IMG/VR virus record: IMGVR_UViG_3300026518_000668
Coordinates: 1-57,845 of that record
DNA length: 57,845 nucleotides
Strand: one strand, 5' to 3'
Origin: a virus
Lineage: Duplodnaviria; Caudoviricetes
Positions 1 through 9,549 of the stretch are shown here, piece by piece. The notes below the pieces were generated by a model. It saw only the letters and a list, made by a program, of their open reading frames with translations, did not search any database and was not told the DNA's origin. The translations under genes and the position numbers were made by a program. Within the stretch, counting starts at the first letter, position 1, and each line of letters opens with the position of its first letter.

Positions 1-204
1 GTGACACAAAACCACTACCCCATACGAAAAGGCTTTGCCATAAAGCTGGCCCGCGAATACGTTGCCCGCTTGCTGCTGGACGAAGCCGAGCACGCCCAGG
101 CATTTGACGATGAAGCCATAACTGAGCCCGAACGCCGTGAGGCAATGGCGGAAATCCATCGAATCGGCGCCAGCCTGATACCCAAACACAATGCAGAGCT
201 CTGA
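1..204 (+). CDS. Hypothetical protein
   Basis: 67-aa ORF starting at the window edge, convergent with the tail genes; no motif recognised. Confidence 0.5.
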   Translation: MTQNHYPIRKGFAIKLAREYVARLLLDEAEHAQAFDDEAITEPERREAMAEIHRIGASLIPKHNAEL

Positions 205-438
205 TGGCCGTCCGGATCGCCCCAGCCTAGAAATCCGCTAACCAACGGCTGAACACTTCCTACCGGTCCAAAGCGGTCTCAATGGACGGCCTGTTGTGAT
301 GGAGTTAGCGTTTGCTGGATTCAGCCAGCGACAGAGCGAAAACTGGCAGGCACTATCAGCCGTGCTCTACACGGATGTGGGCAGTATGTCTCTGGCAGTA
401 CCGCCGGTGATGTTTGCAGTACCGGCAACCTCAGACAG

Positions 439-1710
439 TCAGGCCGTCAGCCTCTGGAGGATTGAGGGCGGCAGGGCGCGATTGAAATATACCAACCGTT
501 CTATGTAGCCATTCAAATACAGTGTGCTGGAAATTCCGCCTGTTCCAAGCCACATCCTATAAATCCCCGGGGGGCTATTGTCAGGGAAGGAGGCGGTTTG
601 ACCATCGGCAGCTATATAGTTTGTCGCTCCGGATCTATACGCCATTACTACGGGTTTCTTCACCCCGGCTATCCAAGGAACACCTGCTGCTGCAGATTGA
701 GTTATCGAGGACGCAATACTAAAGCCTCTAGCCCCGCTGCCTCCGTCCATACGTATCAACCGCCGATCATTACCACTGCCAGCATCTGCTTGGGCTATGT
801 AGCCTGTATTATTGTGACCGCTTGAGAGGCAAAAAATGGTGCCCTCTTCTTCGTTATAAAAATTCAAAAAACTTTCGGCATTAATAACTTGACTCTCCCC
901 AGCCACCAACACTGACGAGTTGAGTGTATTGACGAGCGGCTTCTCTTCAGTTCCGGCATAAACACAAGCTCCGTAAAGTAGCAAGCTCTCCCCAACCACG
1001 ACACTGTCGGGGCCAAACCCAAAAGAGACACCAGTTCCAGGATTCACAGGAACAAAGGTGATGATTATTTCCCGCAAACCGGATAAAAGCTGCTTATCAG
1101 ACTTAACTGTTACAGTTCCTGCAGCTGTCGTAATAGTTGATTTCACCCCATTTACTGTTCCCGCCAACTGCGTCTCTAGGCTATTTGAAGTATCCCTGCA
1201 GGTCAGGCGAAACCTACCGGAGCTTCCGGAGCTATAAATACAGCGGACAGTGTAAGAGTCATTGCCAGATAAAAAAGTGGCAAGCAACCGGTTCCAAGTC
1301 CCTCCGGTACTCTCCACATACACAGGCGTAAACTGGCCCACTTTTCCTCCGTATGGAGTTCTGGTTGCCCCTGATACCAGCCAAGCTGAGTTAGTCGGGT
1401 CAAACGAATAATGGTTTAGGCAGGTATAAGCGTTCCAAACCTGATTACCGACAACCTCCCCAGTAACAGGATCAAATGCCCGAATCATTTCGTTAGCCCC
1501 GGCGGTTTGCAGAACTCCCGAGCTATCAAAGTAAGTCCGCCCAGCCGGTGCTGAGTAGTTATTGACTATATCTGACCAAGGCTTCTCAACTAAAACCCCA
1601 CTGTCGAGTGCGCGATAACGGTCATTGCGATAATCCAAGTCCAGCGCGATGGCATCTGCAATCGGGTTAGCATCAAGCACCCGGCTACACATCGGTTGCC
1701 AGGCACTCAT
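439..1710 (-). CDS. Tail/head fibre or receptor-binding protein with LamG/concanavalin-like C-terminus
   Basis: YFDSSGVLQTAGANE..FDPVTG N-terminal motif and LNGYIERLVYFNRAL C-terminus typical of phage fibre proteins; visibly AT-richer than its neighbours. Confidence 0.65.
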   Translation of the reverse strand: MSAWQPMCSRVLDANPIADAIALDLDYRNDRYRALDSGVLVEKPWSDIVNNYSAPAGRTYFDSSGVLQTAGANEMIRAFDPVTGEVVGNQVWNAYTCLNHYSFDPTNSAWLVSGATRTPYGGKVGQFTPVYVESTGGTWNRLLATFLSGNDSYTVRCIYSSGSSGRFRLTCRDTSNSLETQLAGTVNGVKSTITTAAGTVTVKSDKQLLSGLREIIITFVPVNPGTGVSFGFGPDSVVVGESLLLYGACVYAGTEEKPLVNTLNSSVLVAGESQVINAESFLNFYNEEEGTIFCLSSGHNNTGYIAQADAGSGNDRRLIRMDGGSGARGFSIASSITQSAAAGVPWIAGVKKPVVMAYRSGATNYIAADGQTASFPDNSPPGIYRMWLGTGGISSTLYLNGYIERLVYFNRALPPSILQRLTA

Positions 1711-2000
1711 TGCGCAAGCCCCGCCGCTGTGAAGTGAAGCCCGGCGGCATCCGCTTTGATCTGCAGCTGGCTGGCTGCGGAGACCGGCAGTGCTTTGATG
1801 TCCAGCTTGAGCGCGTCACCGGCAGGCACCAGTTGGGCGCCCGCTATCTCTGCGGCGCCCAGCCGCACCTGTACCAGCTTGTCATTGAGCATGTCTGTAT
1901 TGGTGACAATGATGCTGGTCACGTCAGCAGGCACCTGCACCAACGGGGTCCAGGTATCCGGGGTATAAGCGGTCAGAGACCAGGCAGTCGAAGTGCTCAT
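1707..2000 (-). CDS. Hypothetical virion-associated protein
   Basis: ATGA-coupled to both neighbours in the tail operon. Confidence 0.7.
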   Translation of the reverse strand: MSTSTAWSLTAYTPDTWTPLVQVPADVTSIIVTNTDMLNDKLVQVRLGAAEIAGAQLVPAGDALKLDIKALPVSAASQLQIKADAAGLHFTAAGLAQ

Positions 2001-3001
2001 GCAGTGTGTACCCCGTAGGCCAGTTTCAATTCAAGGTCGCGAGCGGACTGCAGCGCGGCCAGTTTGTTCTTTTCGTCAGTGGTGAAGTCCTCAGTGCTCA
2101 GGCCCTTCCCAACCACCTTGTCGACTTTCAAATCCAGCCCGGCCTGCTGCGGACCACTGATCGGCTTGCTGGCATCGGGCGTGTTATCCACTTGGCCCAG
2201 CCCAACGTCATCAGCGGTGGTGGACCGAGCGCGCAGGTTCACGTAGTCGCCATTGGTGGCGGCCTTGCTGTCCAGGGCAGGCTGCAGGCCGGCGATGTTG
2301 CTGATACCCAGATTCTGCAGGTCTTCCCGGTTCTGCTCGATGAAGTCGACAACCTCCTGCAAGCTGTCGAGGTTGATGTTGTCGGACTCCAGCAGCGTCT
2401 GGATGTTGTCGATCAGCTCTTTGAGCACACGCCCCTGATTGGCCGACAGCGGCTTGGTAGCGTCCGCTGATTCCAGCTGATCGAGCACATCCGACACGTC
2501 CACCTTGAGCGCCAGAGCAGCAGCCTGCGCGGTGCTGACCGGCTTGGCCATGTCGCTGGTGTTGTCTGCGCTGCCCAGGCCTACGTCTGCCTTGGTTATC
2601 GCCACGTCACCGGTGCGGCCTTGTACACTCTGCACAGGCGCTGCCGCCGCAGCCTGCGCTGGCGTGGTGCGACTGGCCACCAGAGCATCTGTTTCTGGCT
2701 TGGTGTATCGCTCAGCCAGTCCAGCCGCCACGCCGGCGGCAAACGCGTCGTAGCTGGCCTGATCAACCTTCAGCCCCAGCCGGGCCATCAAATCCAACTG
2801 ATCGGTAATCTCACCCTGAATCGTGCCCCAGGGCCGGTCGATCACACCGGCGTCAATCTCGGTGCCGCCTTCGATAGTCAGAATCAGGTGGCCATCGGCT
2901 CCGACCGAAGCAGCAGTAATAGTCGGCCCCACCCTGCCCCGCATGCCGGCGCGAATAACCCGGCGCTCCGGGCCCTGCTTCACTGCAATGACACGGCTCA
3001 T
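1997..3001 (-). CDS. Tail fibre protein with phage tail repeats
   Basis: Two (A/D)DVGLGxxDNTxDxxKP(V/I)S repeats, VQSVQGRTGDV and DKVVGKGLSTEDFT motifs. Confidence 0.75.
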   Translation of the reverse strand: MSRVIAVKQGPERRVIRAGMRGRVGPTITAASVGADGHLILTIEGGTEIDAGVIDRPWGTIQGEITDQLDLMARLGLKVDQASYDAFAAGVAAGLAERYTKPETDALVASRTTPAQAAAAAPVQSVQGRTGDVAITKADVGLGSADNTSDMAKPVSTAQAAALALKVDVSDVLDQLESADATKPLSANQGRVLKELIDNIQTLLESDNINLDSLQEVVDFIEQNREDLQNLGISNIAGLQPALDSKAATNGDYVNLRARSTTADDVGLGQVDNTPDASKPISGPQQAGLDLKVDKVVGKGLSTEDFTTDEKNKLAALQSARDLELKLAYGVHTA

Positions 3002-3591
3002 TCTGTCACCTCAGCAGTAATCTCGAAGGGGCTCACACCGACCAGCGCAAACACGTTGCCGGCCGGGTCGATGACCTCGGCGTCCCACACACCGACCATA
3101 GGCTTCAGCTGCTTGGCCGCGGCCTCGTCCAGCTTCAGAGTGAATGAGTGCTCTGCCGGGTCAACGATGATCAGGCCATCGGGGTTCTGGGCGGCGTCAG
3201 AGTGGAAGGTCAGAATGGCGCTGTCGTCGCCAACGCGCCGGCGCAGGGTTGCCCGGGCAGACCAGCCGGTGATGTCCTGGGGGGTTGGATACCGGACATG
3301 GCCACCGGCCGACCACTGGTGGCGCCAGCACGAACCCACAAGGTCGTTTATCTCGATGGTGTCGTCGTCGATCACCGTGGCCAGGTAGTCGCCGTTCAGC
3401 TCGTCAGGCCGTCTCACGCACTGGATCGTCACCGGCCATCCGTCCGGAATACCGTGGCCCGGCACACTTAACCGCACCGGCGCCAGCGACGGCACAGCGA
3501 CGATATCGCAGTAGGTGAAGTGGTCTTCGGCGTACTGCAGGGCGAACTCAAGGGTCTTGCCCTGGTAAATGGTCAGCGGTATCTCGATCAT
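2998..3591 (-). CDS. Hypothetical tail-associated protein (fibre adaptor-like)
   Basis: LTIYQGKT..DITGWSARATLR..GVWD motifs seen in fibre N-terminal adaptor proteins; ATGA-coupled. Confidence 0.55.
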   Translation of the reverse strand: MIEIPLTIYQGKTLEFALQYAEDHFTYCDIVAVPSLAPVRLSVPGHGIPDGWPVTIQCVRRPDELNGDYLATVIDDDTIEINDLVGSCWRHQWSAGGHVRYPTPQDITGWSARATLRRRVGDDSAILTFHSDAAQNPDGLIIVDPAEHSFTLKLDEAAAKQLKPMVGVWDAEVIDPAGNVFALVGVSPFEITAEVTE

Positions 3592-4076
3592 TCAGGCTCA
3601 CCCACAAGTCGACAACTGCGATGCAGCAGGAACAGCGCGTCCTGCAGCCCTTTTATTTGTGCTCGCTGTGCGCGGAGTCCAGCTTGTAGGGCTGGATAAG
3701 CTCGTTCAGCAGCGGCTGTAAGTCTTGGGGTTCCTGCATCAGCGCCGGATCCAGCGCCCCCGGCCTCACCGTCGTGCTCACAGGTGGCTGCGATACGCAG
3801 CCCGCAAGCACCAGTAGCAAGGCACTCATACAGATCCTCACGGTTTTTTTCGGCACTGGTCTTCTCCTGTAGGTAGGTGCTGGCGATCGCCGCCTGATCC
3901 TCTGTCAGCTCGCGCTGAAGGCGCAGGGTGGTTCGCAGCGATGCCGCCTGGGCGGCAGCCTGCTGAGCCTTGTCGGTCATCTGAGCCAGGTCTGCCCCAA
4001 CGGCGTTGAGCCGCAACGCGGTCAGCACCAGCAGCATCGCCAGCGCCCCGGCCACCCCAAGCAGAACCCGATTCAT
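3588..4076 (-). CDS. Rz-like inner-membrane spanin
   Basis: N-terminal transmembrane helix, coiled coil, follows the endolysin with ATGA overlap, contains a nested lipoprotein ORF. Confidence 0.85.
   Translation of the reverse strand: MNRVLLGVAGALAMLLVLTALRLNAVGADLAQMTDKAQQAAAQAASLRTTLRLQRELTEDQAAIASTYLQEKTSAEKNREDLYECLATGACGLRIAATCEHDGEAGGAGSGADAGTPRLTAAAERAYPALQAGLRAQRAQIKGLQDALFLLHRSCRLVGEPE
3653..3856 (-). CDS. Rz1-like outer-membrane spanin (lipoprotein) nested in Rz
   Basis: Lipobox LLVLAGC and Pro-rich mature part in an alternative frame; true start probably GTG 3841 or ATG 3829. Confidence 0.75.
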   Translation of the reverse strand: MPKKTVRICMSALLLVLAGCVSQPPVSTTVRPGALDPALMQEPQDLQPLLNELIQPYKLDSAHSEHK

Positions 4077-4594
4077 TGGGCGCTCCGGCACATCTCATGC
4101 CGCTCCAGCTGTCGTGTCCAGACGCCCCAGCAACGCCGGTTCGGCTGGCCGTTGACCAAGGTTGAGCAGTCGTAGCCGCCCGCCTTCCGCCAGCGCAGTA
4201 GCGCGTCGCAGGCCTGAACGTAGTTGCCGGCCAACAGCTCGCGCCGCATGCTCGATGCCCGCCAGTTGCCGATCCCGTACTGCCCAACAAAGTCCAAGTA
4301 CAGGTCGTACTCTTCCTGATACAGCTCCACACCCGGCAGTGATGCCCGAAAGCGCACCTCGTCCTGGCTCATCAGGTTGCGCGCCAGTTGCTCGCCCCGC
4401 GCGCGCGTAATGGGCTGGTCCGTCATCCTGACAGGTGTGCCGTCCTCGTAGCGGGTTGAACCATGGCCAATTGTGGGCACGTCACCCTGGGTTGGAATCA
4501 CAGGGGCCGGGGTAAACCCTTCGGACGCGATCCAGCCCATGAAGCCGGCCGCGCTGATTGTCAGCGCGCCGATGTACGTGCGCGCCCGGTTCAT
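4073..4594 (-). CDS. SAR-type endolysin (GH24 lysozyme)
   Basis: Weakly hydrophobic N-terminus followed by EG..D.PTIGHG catalytic motif; position between holin and Rz. Confidence 0.9.
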   Translation of the reverse strand: MNRARTYIGALTISAAGFMGWIASEGFTPAPVIPTQGDVPTIGHGSTRYEDGTPVRMTDQPITRARGEQLARNLMSQDEVRFRASLPGVELYQEEYDLYLDFVGQYGIGNWRASSMRRELLAGNYVQACDALLRWRKAGGYDCSTLVNGQPNRRCWGVWTRQLERHEMCRSAQ

Positions 4595-4884
4595 AGCTCG
4601 CACCTGTCATGCAGGGCGGCAATCCGGGCCGCGCTTTCCGCCGTCTCCCGCGCTGTTCTGGCCGCACTCTCTGCAGCCTCGCGCTTATCACGGCGGTGGT
4701 TGAAGTAGACGTTGAAGCCGAGGCCAATGAACGCGATGAGCACACTGGCCCAGCCGATCCAGTTGACCTGTGCCAAATACCCCACGATCCCTGTCACGGC
4801 GCCTCCCCAGGTAGCTTTGCTGGACACAGACACAACAACGCCCTCAACGACACTCTCCTGAACATGCCCAACGTGGTTGCCCAT
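4591..4884 (-). CDS. Holin (possibly pinholin)
   Basis: Two hydrophobic segments and charged C-terminus, directly upstream of the endolysin. Confidence 0.8.
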   Translation of the reverse strand: MGNHVGHVQESVVEGVVVSVSSKATWGGAVTGIVGYLAQVNWIGWASVLIAFIGLGFNVYFNHRRDKREAAESAARTARETAESAARIAALHDRCEL

Positions 4885-4893
4885 GTACTTCCC

Positions 4894-5553
4894 CTACAAA
4901 AAAAACGCCCGGTTATGGTGGTCGGTGTCCTCGCGCGTCAGGCGGCGCAGGTCGGAGTCGGGGCGCTCGCCGAAGTACCGCGTGAATAGCCGCTCGGCAT
5001 CCACCGCACGGCCCAAGTCCATCGTTTCGGAGTCAGGTACCGAGTACGCGCGCTTCAGCGCCCAATACACCAGGTAGGAATGGTGGGCCTGATGAATTTC
5101 GGGTTTCGAGCGGTCCGGCCTGAGCGGCAGCCGATAGCCTTCCAGCTTCAGCTCACCGTTGCAGATCGGCGTGGGTACCACGCGCACGCTGGTCTCGCTC
5201 TGCACCAGGTAGCGCGGCAAATCCACCCGCTCGCGCCAGTCCGGCATAATCCCGTCGAGTGCCTCCGTGCTCTTCAGCGCCAGCCGCTCACGTTGACTAC
5301 TGCCCTGTGCCACCCAGCCGATATGGTCCAGCTCAAAGAGCGATGGGTGCAGCGGATACACCGACACACCGGCATCAATCTTGATGATGCAGACCGTCTG
5401 GTCATCAGCTACGTGCAGCAGGCGGCCACGAATCGCAGCCTCGTCCTCGGCCTCTTTCAGCCAGCGGAGCACGTCTTCGCTGTCGAACAGGTACGGCGCC
5501 ACCGTATCCTGTGTCGACACCCGAAAATCATGCTCCAGCTCGCCCCAGTCCAT
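4894..5553 (-). CDS. Head-tail adaptor / tail tubular A-like protein
   Basis: WLKEAEDEA..RVVPTP..PEIHQAHHSYLVYWALKRAY pattern typical of podophage adaptor proteins. Confidence 0.6.
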   Translation of the reverse strand: MDWGELEHDFRVSTQDTVAPYLFDSEDVLRWLKEAEDEAAIRGRLLHVADDQTVCIIKIDAGVSVYPLHPSLFELDHIGWVAQGSSQRERLALKSTEALDGIMPDWRERVDLPRYLVQSETSVRVVPTPICNGELKLEGYRLPLRPDRSKPEIHQAHHSYLVYWALKRAYSVPDSETMDLGRAVDAERLFTRYFGERPDSDLRRLTREDTDHHNRAFFL

Positions 5554-6404
5554 CAGACCAACCCGTACTGATCGACCATGCCAATGACCTGGCGGCGCAG
5601 CTCATCAACCTTCTGAGCCTGGTCCAGCTTCTGCCGGTAGTTGTTCATGGCGTAGTCAGTCAGCGCCTTCTTGGTCATCAGGCCGATCTGTTGTCGCACG
5701 TCCTGCAGAGCTGTCTCGTCCTTTTGCTCGAGCTCCTGCTTCGCCTTGGCCTTGGCCAACAGCTCAGCGGTGTCGTCGGCGGATTCATCCGCAGCCGGCT
5801 CGTCTGCCGCTGGAATGGCAACAGCCGCCGCGGCCTTGAACTGATCGGCATGCCGCAGGAACTTACGGCCGATGTCCGTCGGCATGTAGCGGACCTGGTT
5901 ACGCTCGAAAGTCAGGCCAGTGCCGTACAGGTGGTCGGTGAATGTCGGCTTGCGGCCAATGTACTTCACGCCAACCTGCCCCACGGGGGCACCCGTCAGC
6001 GCGGCGCCAGCCTCCTTCGGCAGGTTGGCCAGCGCCTGCGCAACAGCCTCGTCCGCATCCGGCAGGTCTTTCAGCGCATGCACAACGCCACGGAACAGGT
6101 AGTCCTTGGACTTCTGCTCGATCGACAGCTCGTCATAGGGCAAACAGCACGGGTGCTGCTTCTTCTCCGCGTCTTTAACCTCGCCATACGTCCAGCCGTC
6201 AGCCAGCTTCTGGGCCAGCCAGCTTTCATGCGACTGCTCAGGGGTGGCATTCGGGTTAGCCAGGTGCATTTCCACGCCAGCAACAGCGGACTTCTTCTGC
6301 CAGTCCGGGGCGTCCTCCCAGCTGGGCTGCGAGTCGTCGCCAATCGACATGCAGTAAGCGAGATTGATCATGTGCGCGACGCGCGCGATCACAAGCACGT
6401 TCAT
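5553..6404 (-). CDS. RyR-domain-containing phage protein
   Basis: HESWLAQKLADGWTYGEVKD.EKKQHPCCLPYDELSIEQKSKD matches the RyR domain signature. Confidence 0.75.
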   Translation of the reverse strand: MNVLVIARVAHMINLAYCMSIGDDSQPSWEDAPDWQKKSAVAGVEMHLANPNATPEQSHESWLAQKLADGWTYGEVKDAEKKQHPCCLPYDELSIEQKSKDYLFRGVVHALKDLPDADEAVAQALANLPKEAGAALTGAPVGQVGVKYIGRKPTFTDHLYGTGLTFERNQVRYMPTDIGRKFLRHADQFKAAAAVAIPAADEPAADESADDTAELLAKAKAKQELEQKDETALQDVRQQIGLMTKKALTDYAMNNYRQKLDQAQKVDELRRQVIGMVDQYGLV

Positions 6405-6432
6405 AAGTGGTGCTCCAGAGAAAGGGATAAGA

Positions 6433-6454
6433 GAAAGGGGCCGGAGCCCCTTTC
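6433..6454 (-). terminator. Hairpin / probable terminator after the capsid genes
   Basis: GAAAGGGGC-TCCG-GCCCCTTTC followed by a pyrimidine-rich run on the minus strand. Confidence 0.55.
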
Positions 6455-6463
6455 GTCACCGGC

Positions 6464-6946
6464 TCAGCGCGGGCCTTGCAGCTCGCCGATCACCAGCACG
6501 TCGATCTGACTCACCTTGGCGTTATCCTCAACGGCCGTGGTCAGGACCAGACGGGCAGGCTTCGGCAGGGTCACCAACGCCTTGGCGGTATTCGCACGCA
6601 GTCGCGCAGCGGTCGCCAGGTTCAGGCCGGCACCGAAGTAGCCCGGGTCCTGCGGCACCTCGGCACTGTCCACACCGTCCTCGTACAGAAAGCCCAGAGA
6701 GCCGGTGATGGTGGCGGTCATGCCGGTGCTGATCAGCACCGAAGCATCGTCCAGGCGCATGCCCGCGGGCAGCGGGCCCAGGTCGACAACATCACCCGAA
6801 GCAATGGCGGCACCAGAGTTGGAGTTCTCAGCAGCACCAGCGGCATTGGTTTTCAGTTTGAAAGCCAGGGTGGTGGTGTTGCCATAAGCGCCAGCAGCAC
6901 CGCCGAACTGGCGGTTGCCAAACTGATCGATCTTTACGTTGGCCAT
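6464..6946 (-). CDS. Capsid decoration/cement protein
   Basis: 160-aa beta-rich protein directly downstream of the major capsid gene. Confidence 0.6.
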   Translation of the reverse strand: MANVKIDQFGNRQFGGAAGAYGNTTTLAFKLKTNAAGAAENSNSGAAIASGDVVDLGPLPAGMRLDDASVLISTGMTATITGSLGFLYEDGVDSAEVPQDPGYFGAGLNLATAARLRANTAKALVTLPKPARLVLTTAVEDNAKVSQIDVLVIGELQGPR

Positions 6947-7003
6947 GAGCGGCCTCCTTAACTTGGTTGCGAGAAGGCTGGCCGGGGGTGCCGGCCAGTC
7001 AGA

Positions 7004-8296
7004 TCAGCTACGCGGCTTGCGAATCGGCACAGCGGTATCGATGACGGTTGCGCCGTAATCGGTGAACTCGGTCCCGCGGCCCGTATCGACCGCAAAGCGG
7101 ATCTTGGAGATACCGCGAATAGCACCAATCAGCCCCTCGACCTTGTCGCCGTGATCAAGCTCCTTCTCACTCCAGAAGAACGGCATCTTGGACTTGCGGT
7201 GCGCTGCCAGCGCTTCTGCCACCGCCTGACCACCCAGCAGAATGGAACGGTCGATGGCGAAGTTGTCACCAAAGCTGTCAGGCACGACACAGGAGCTTTC
7301 GGCTTCACTGTCGTAAGCGGTGCAGTAGCGGATGGTGTCGCCCTTGTAGAAGCGAATCGGCTTCGGCATCTTGACGATAAGCACGCCATTCCACAGACCA
7401 ACCTCGCCCAGGAACAGGGGGTGCCCCTTGGCCTGCTGAGCACGCGCCATGGCGCTGGCTTGCAGCTGACGGAAGTTCGGATCAGCAGCAAACAAGTTGT
7501 ACTGGGTCGAAGAAACCAGCAGCACGCGTAGCGGCGAATCCGTTGCGGCCGCATCACCTTCAAAGTGAACAGGCGGCGGAGGCAGCGCGATATCGTCGAT
7601 AAAGCTGCGAATACCATCCACGGTATCCATCTTCAGCAGATCAGTGGTCGCCAGGTCGATTTCACCAGCGTTAACACCAAACTCCTGAATACCGTTACCA
7701 CCGTCAGCCATGAAGTGACGGTTCTTGGTCGGGGCTTTTACGCGGTTGACCATGATCTTGGCAAAATCAGGGTGCGTCTCCACCGGCACCTTCCACTCGA
7801 TGTTGTCTTGATAGCCGCGCGCACCTGCCATGTGAACCAACAGCGACTGGTCAACATAGGCGTCCATCTTAGCCTGAGCCACCGGGCGTCCCAGACGGCG
7901 GAAATCCGCAGGGCTGCGAACTTCGGTCATGGTGTCGCCGAGGTCAACCGGGAAGCGCGCCTGGTTCACGCGCAGCTTGTCCTCAGACAGCTTCATGCCA
8001 ACGCCACGGCCCTCGGCATACTCGCTACCCATGATCGGGTAACCGCCAGTGGGGTTGAGCAGGTGAAAAGTCACCTCTTCACCCTTGCCCTTCCCAAGAT
8101 CCTGGCAACGGACAATCGGCATATGCTGGGTGGACTGTTTGCGCAAAGTCGCCTCAGCGCCCTTGGTGCCCTTCGGCATCTTGCCGGTCAGGCGGTTCAG
8201 CGTGGTGTTGCGCTGAGTATGAGTAGCGAACAGGCCTGCGGCCTGATCGACCATAGCCTTCGGATCACCGTAAGCCATGTGGGTTTTGTCAGTCAT
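7004..8296 (-). CDS. Major capsid protein (N4-gp56/DUF4043 family)
   Basis: PIVRCQDL.KGKG..VTF, HMAGARG, APTKNRH, HPLF.GEVGLWNGVLI and DYG...IDTAV motifs. Confidence 0.9.
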   Translation of the reverse strand: MTDKTHMAYGDPKAMVDQAAGLFATHTQRNTTLNRLTGKMPKGTKGAEATLRKQSTQHMPIVRCQDLGKGKGEEVTFHLLNPTGGYPIMGSEYAEGRGVGMKLSEDKLRVNQARFPVDLGDTMTEVRSPADFRRLGRPVAQAKMDAYVDQSLLVHMAGARGYQDNIEWKVPVETHPDFAKIMVNRVKAPTKNRHFMADGGNGIQEFGVNAGEIDLATTDLLKMDTVDGIRSFIDDIALPPPPVHFEGDAAATDSPLRVLLVSSTQYNLFAADPNFRQLQASAMARAQQAKGHPLFLGEVGLWNGVLIVKMPKPIRFYKGDTIRYCTAYDSEAESSCVVPDSFGDNFAIDRSILLGGQAVAEALAAHRKSKMPFFWSEKELDHGDKVEGLIGAIRGISKIRFAVDTGRGTEFTDYGATVIDTAVPIRKPRS

Positions 8297-8322
8297 AGCG
8301 TTCTCCAGCTATTGGCGGGCCG

Positions 8323-9393
8323 TCACAGGCTCCGATTCAAGTACGCTTCAATCTGCTCGGGCGACATGTCCTCCATCGCCTCAAGCCGATCAGCAGGGCT
8401 CATGCTGTCCAGCGCTTCAGTTCGGCTGCCCGGTCCCAGCTTGCCACCCGGAATATCCGAGAGGCTCGCCGGGACGGACGGCTTCACATTCGCGATAGCC
8501 GCTTTGGCCTTGTCCCGCACATCGCCTTCCTGGGCATCGCCGGACGCGGCCTGAGACTTGCCAGTGGCCTGCTTGAAGTCGTCAAACAGCTCAACAACAT
8601 CCTTTGCAGTGCCGTTATCGAGAACGTCACGGTAAGCGGCGCGGACAGCGCCAGGGCGAGCGTTAATCCAGTCATCAAGCTCCTTGCTATCAACCAGAGA
8701 ATCCGCGTCAGGGTGCGCCTCCAAGATGGTCTTGAAGTGCTGCTCCTGAGCGGCCAACTCACCCTTCTGCTGGATCGGCTCAAATCGCTTCTCCAGCTCA
8801 GCAAGGCGGTCGTTAAAGGCCTTATCCAGACCGGTAAACTTCTCCTGAATAAGGCTGCCAATACCCTTCACCAACGCCTCTTCCGAGAAGTCACCGAAGA
8901 TGTTCGGGTCAATACCGGCGTCCATCGCCTGTTGTGCTGCATCCAGCAGCTTGTCTTGCCCCGTTGGCGCCTCGCCGTTGTCCGCACGCTCCTGAGCGGC
9001 AGCCCGCAGCTTGTCCATTTCTGCATTGGCTGCATCCAGTTGCTCCTGCAGTTGCGCGGCTTGCTGCTTGCTTGTCGCCGCAGCCTCCCGCGCATCCACC
9101 AGCTTCTGGAATGCGATGGTGTGCTTACCGTCTTTGGCCTGAATAACCGCGTTGTCGGCGTTTAGCTCCGACTCGTCCGGCTCCTGGGCCTGGCCTGCAT
9201 CACCCTCACCGCCATCTACCGCTTGGCTTGCTGGCTCCGCTTCAAGGGTGGCGTCGGGCTCGCCACCTGGTTCCGGCGTATCACCACCGGTATCGCCCTC
9301 GTCGGCCAACTCCAAGAGTCGGGCCGCTTGTTCGGCTGTCAGCTCGCCGCTTGTCTCGAACTGCTGGTAAATCTCATCTGTTTCAGTTGCCAT
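8323..9393 (-). CDS. Scaffolding protein
   Basis: Acidic, coiled-coil protein with AKDGKHTI motif immediately upstream of the capsid gene; start moved to ATG 9393. Confidence 0.7.
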   Translation of the reverse strand: MATETDEIYQQFETSGELTAEQAARLLELADEGDTGGDTPEPGGEPDATLEAEPASQAVDGGEGDAGQAQEPDESELNADNAVIQAKDGKHTIAFQKLVDAREAAATSKQQAAQLQEQLDAANAEMDKLRAAAQERADNGEAPTGQDKLLDAAQQAMDAGIDPNIFGDFSEEALVKGIGSLIQEKFTGLDKAFNDRLAELEKRFEPIQQKGELAAQEQHFKTILEAHPDADSLVDSKELDDWINARPGAVRAAYRDVLDNGTAKDVVELFDDFKQATGKSQAASGDAQEGDVRDKAKAAIANVKPSVPASLSDIPGGKLGPGSRTEALDSMSPADRLEAMEDMSPEQIEAYLNRSL

Positions 9394-9467
9394 AGTTTTC
9401 CCGCCACATATCGCCGTAGCCGCCAAAAGGGATTCAACGAAAACCCGGTTCGGGTTCGTGCAAGGGA

Positions 9468-9506
9468 ATGGTCGTGCAGGAAGGAAAAACGCTCTAACCC
9501 TACAGG
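9468..9506 (-). promoter_or_regulatory. Putative late promoter (scaffold/capsid block)
   Basis: CCTGTAGGGTT (9506-9496) + 22 nt + GACCAT (9473-9468). Confidence 0.7.
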
Positions 9507-9514
9507 GGGTCGGC

Positions 9515-9543
9515 AAAAAGAAAGGGGCCAGAACTGGCCCCTT
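9515..9543 (-). terminator. Rho-independent terminator after the giant protein gene
   Basis: AAGGGGCCA-GTTC-TGGCCCCTT followed by TCTTTTT on the minus strand. Confidence 0.75.
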
Positions 9544-9549
9544 GTGGTG

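Noticed and set aside
205-438. Short GCAGTACCG direct repeat and a possible fibre-gene remnant
   Set aside because: Only 9 bp, and the reading frame is short with stops; no supportable call
439-3591. Diversity-generating retroelement or invertible tail-fibre cassette
   Set aside because: No reverse transcriptase, template/variable repeat pair, invertase or flanking inverted sites seen
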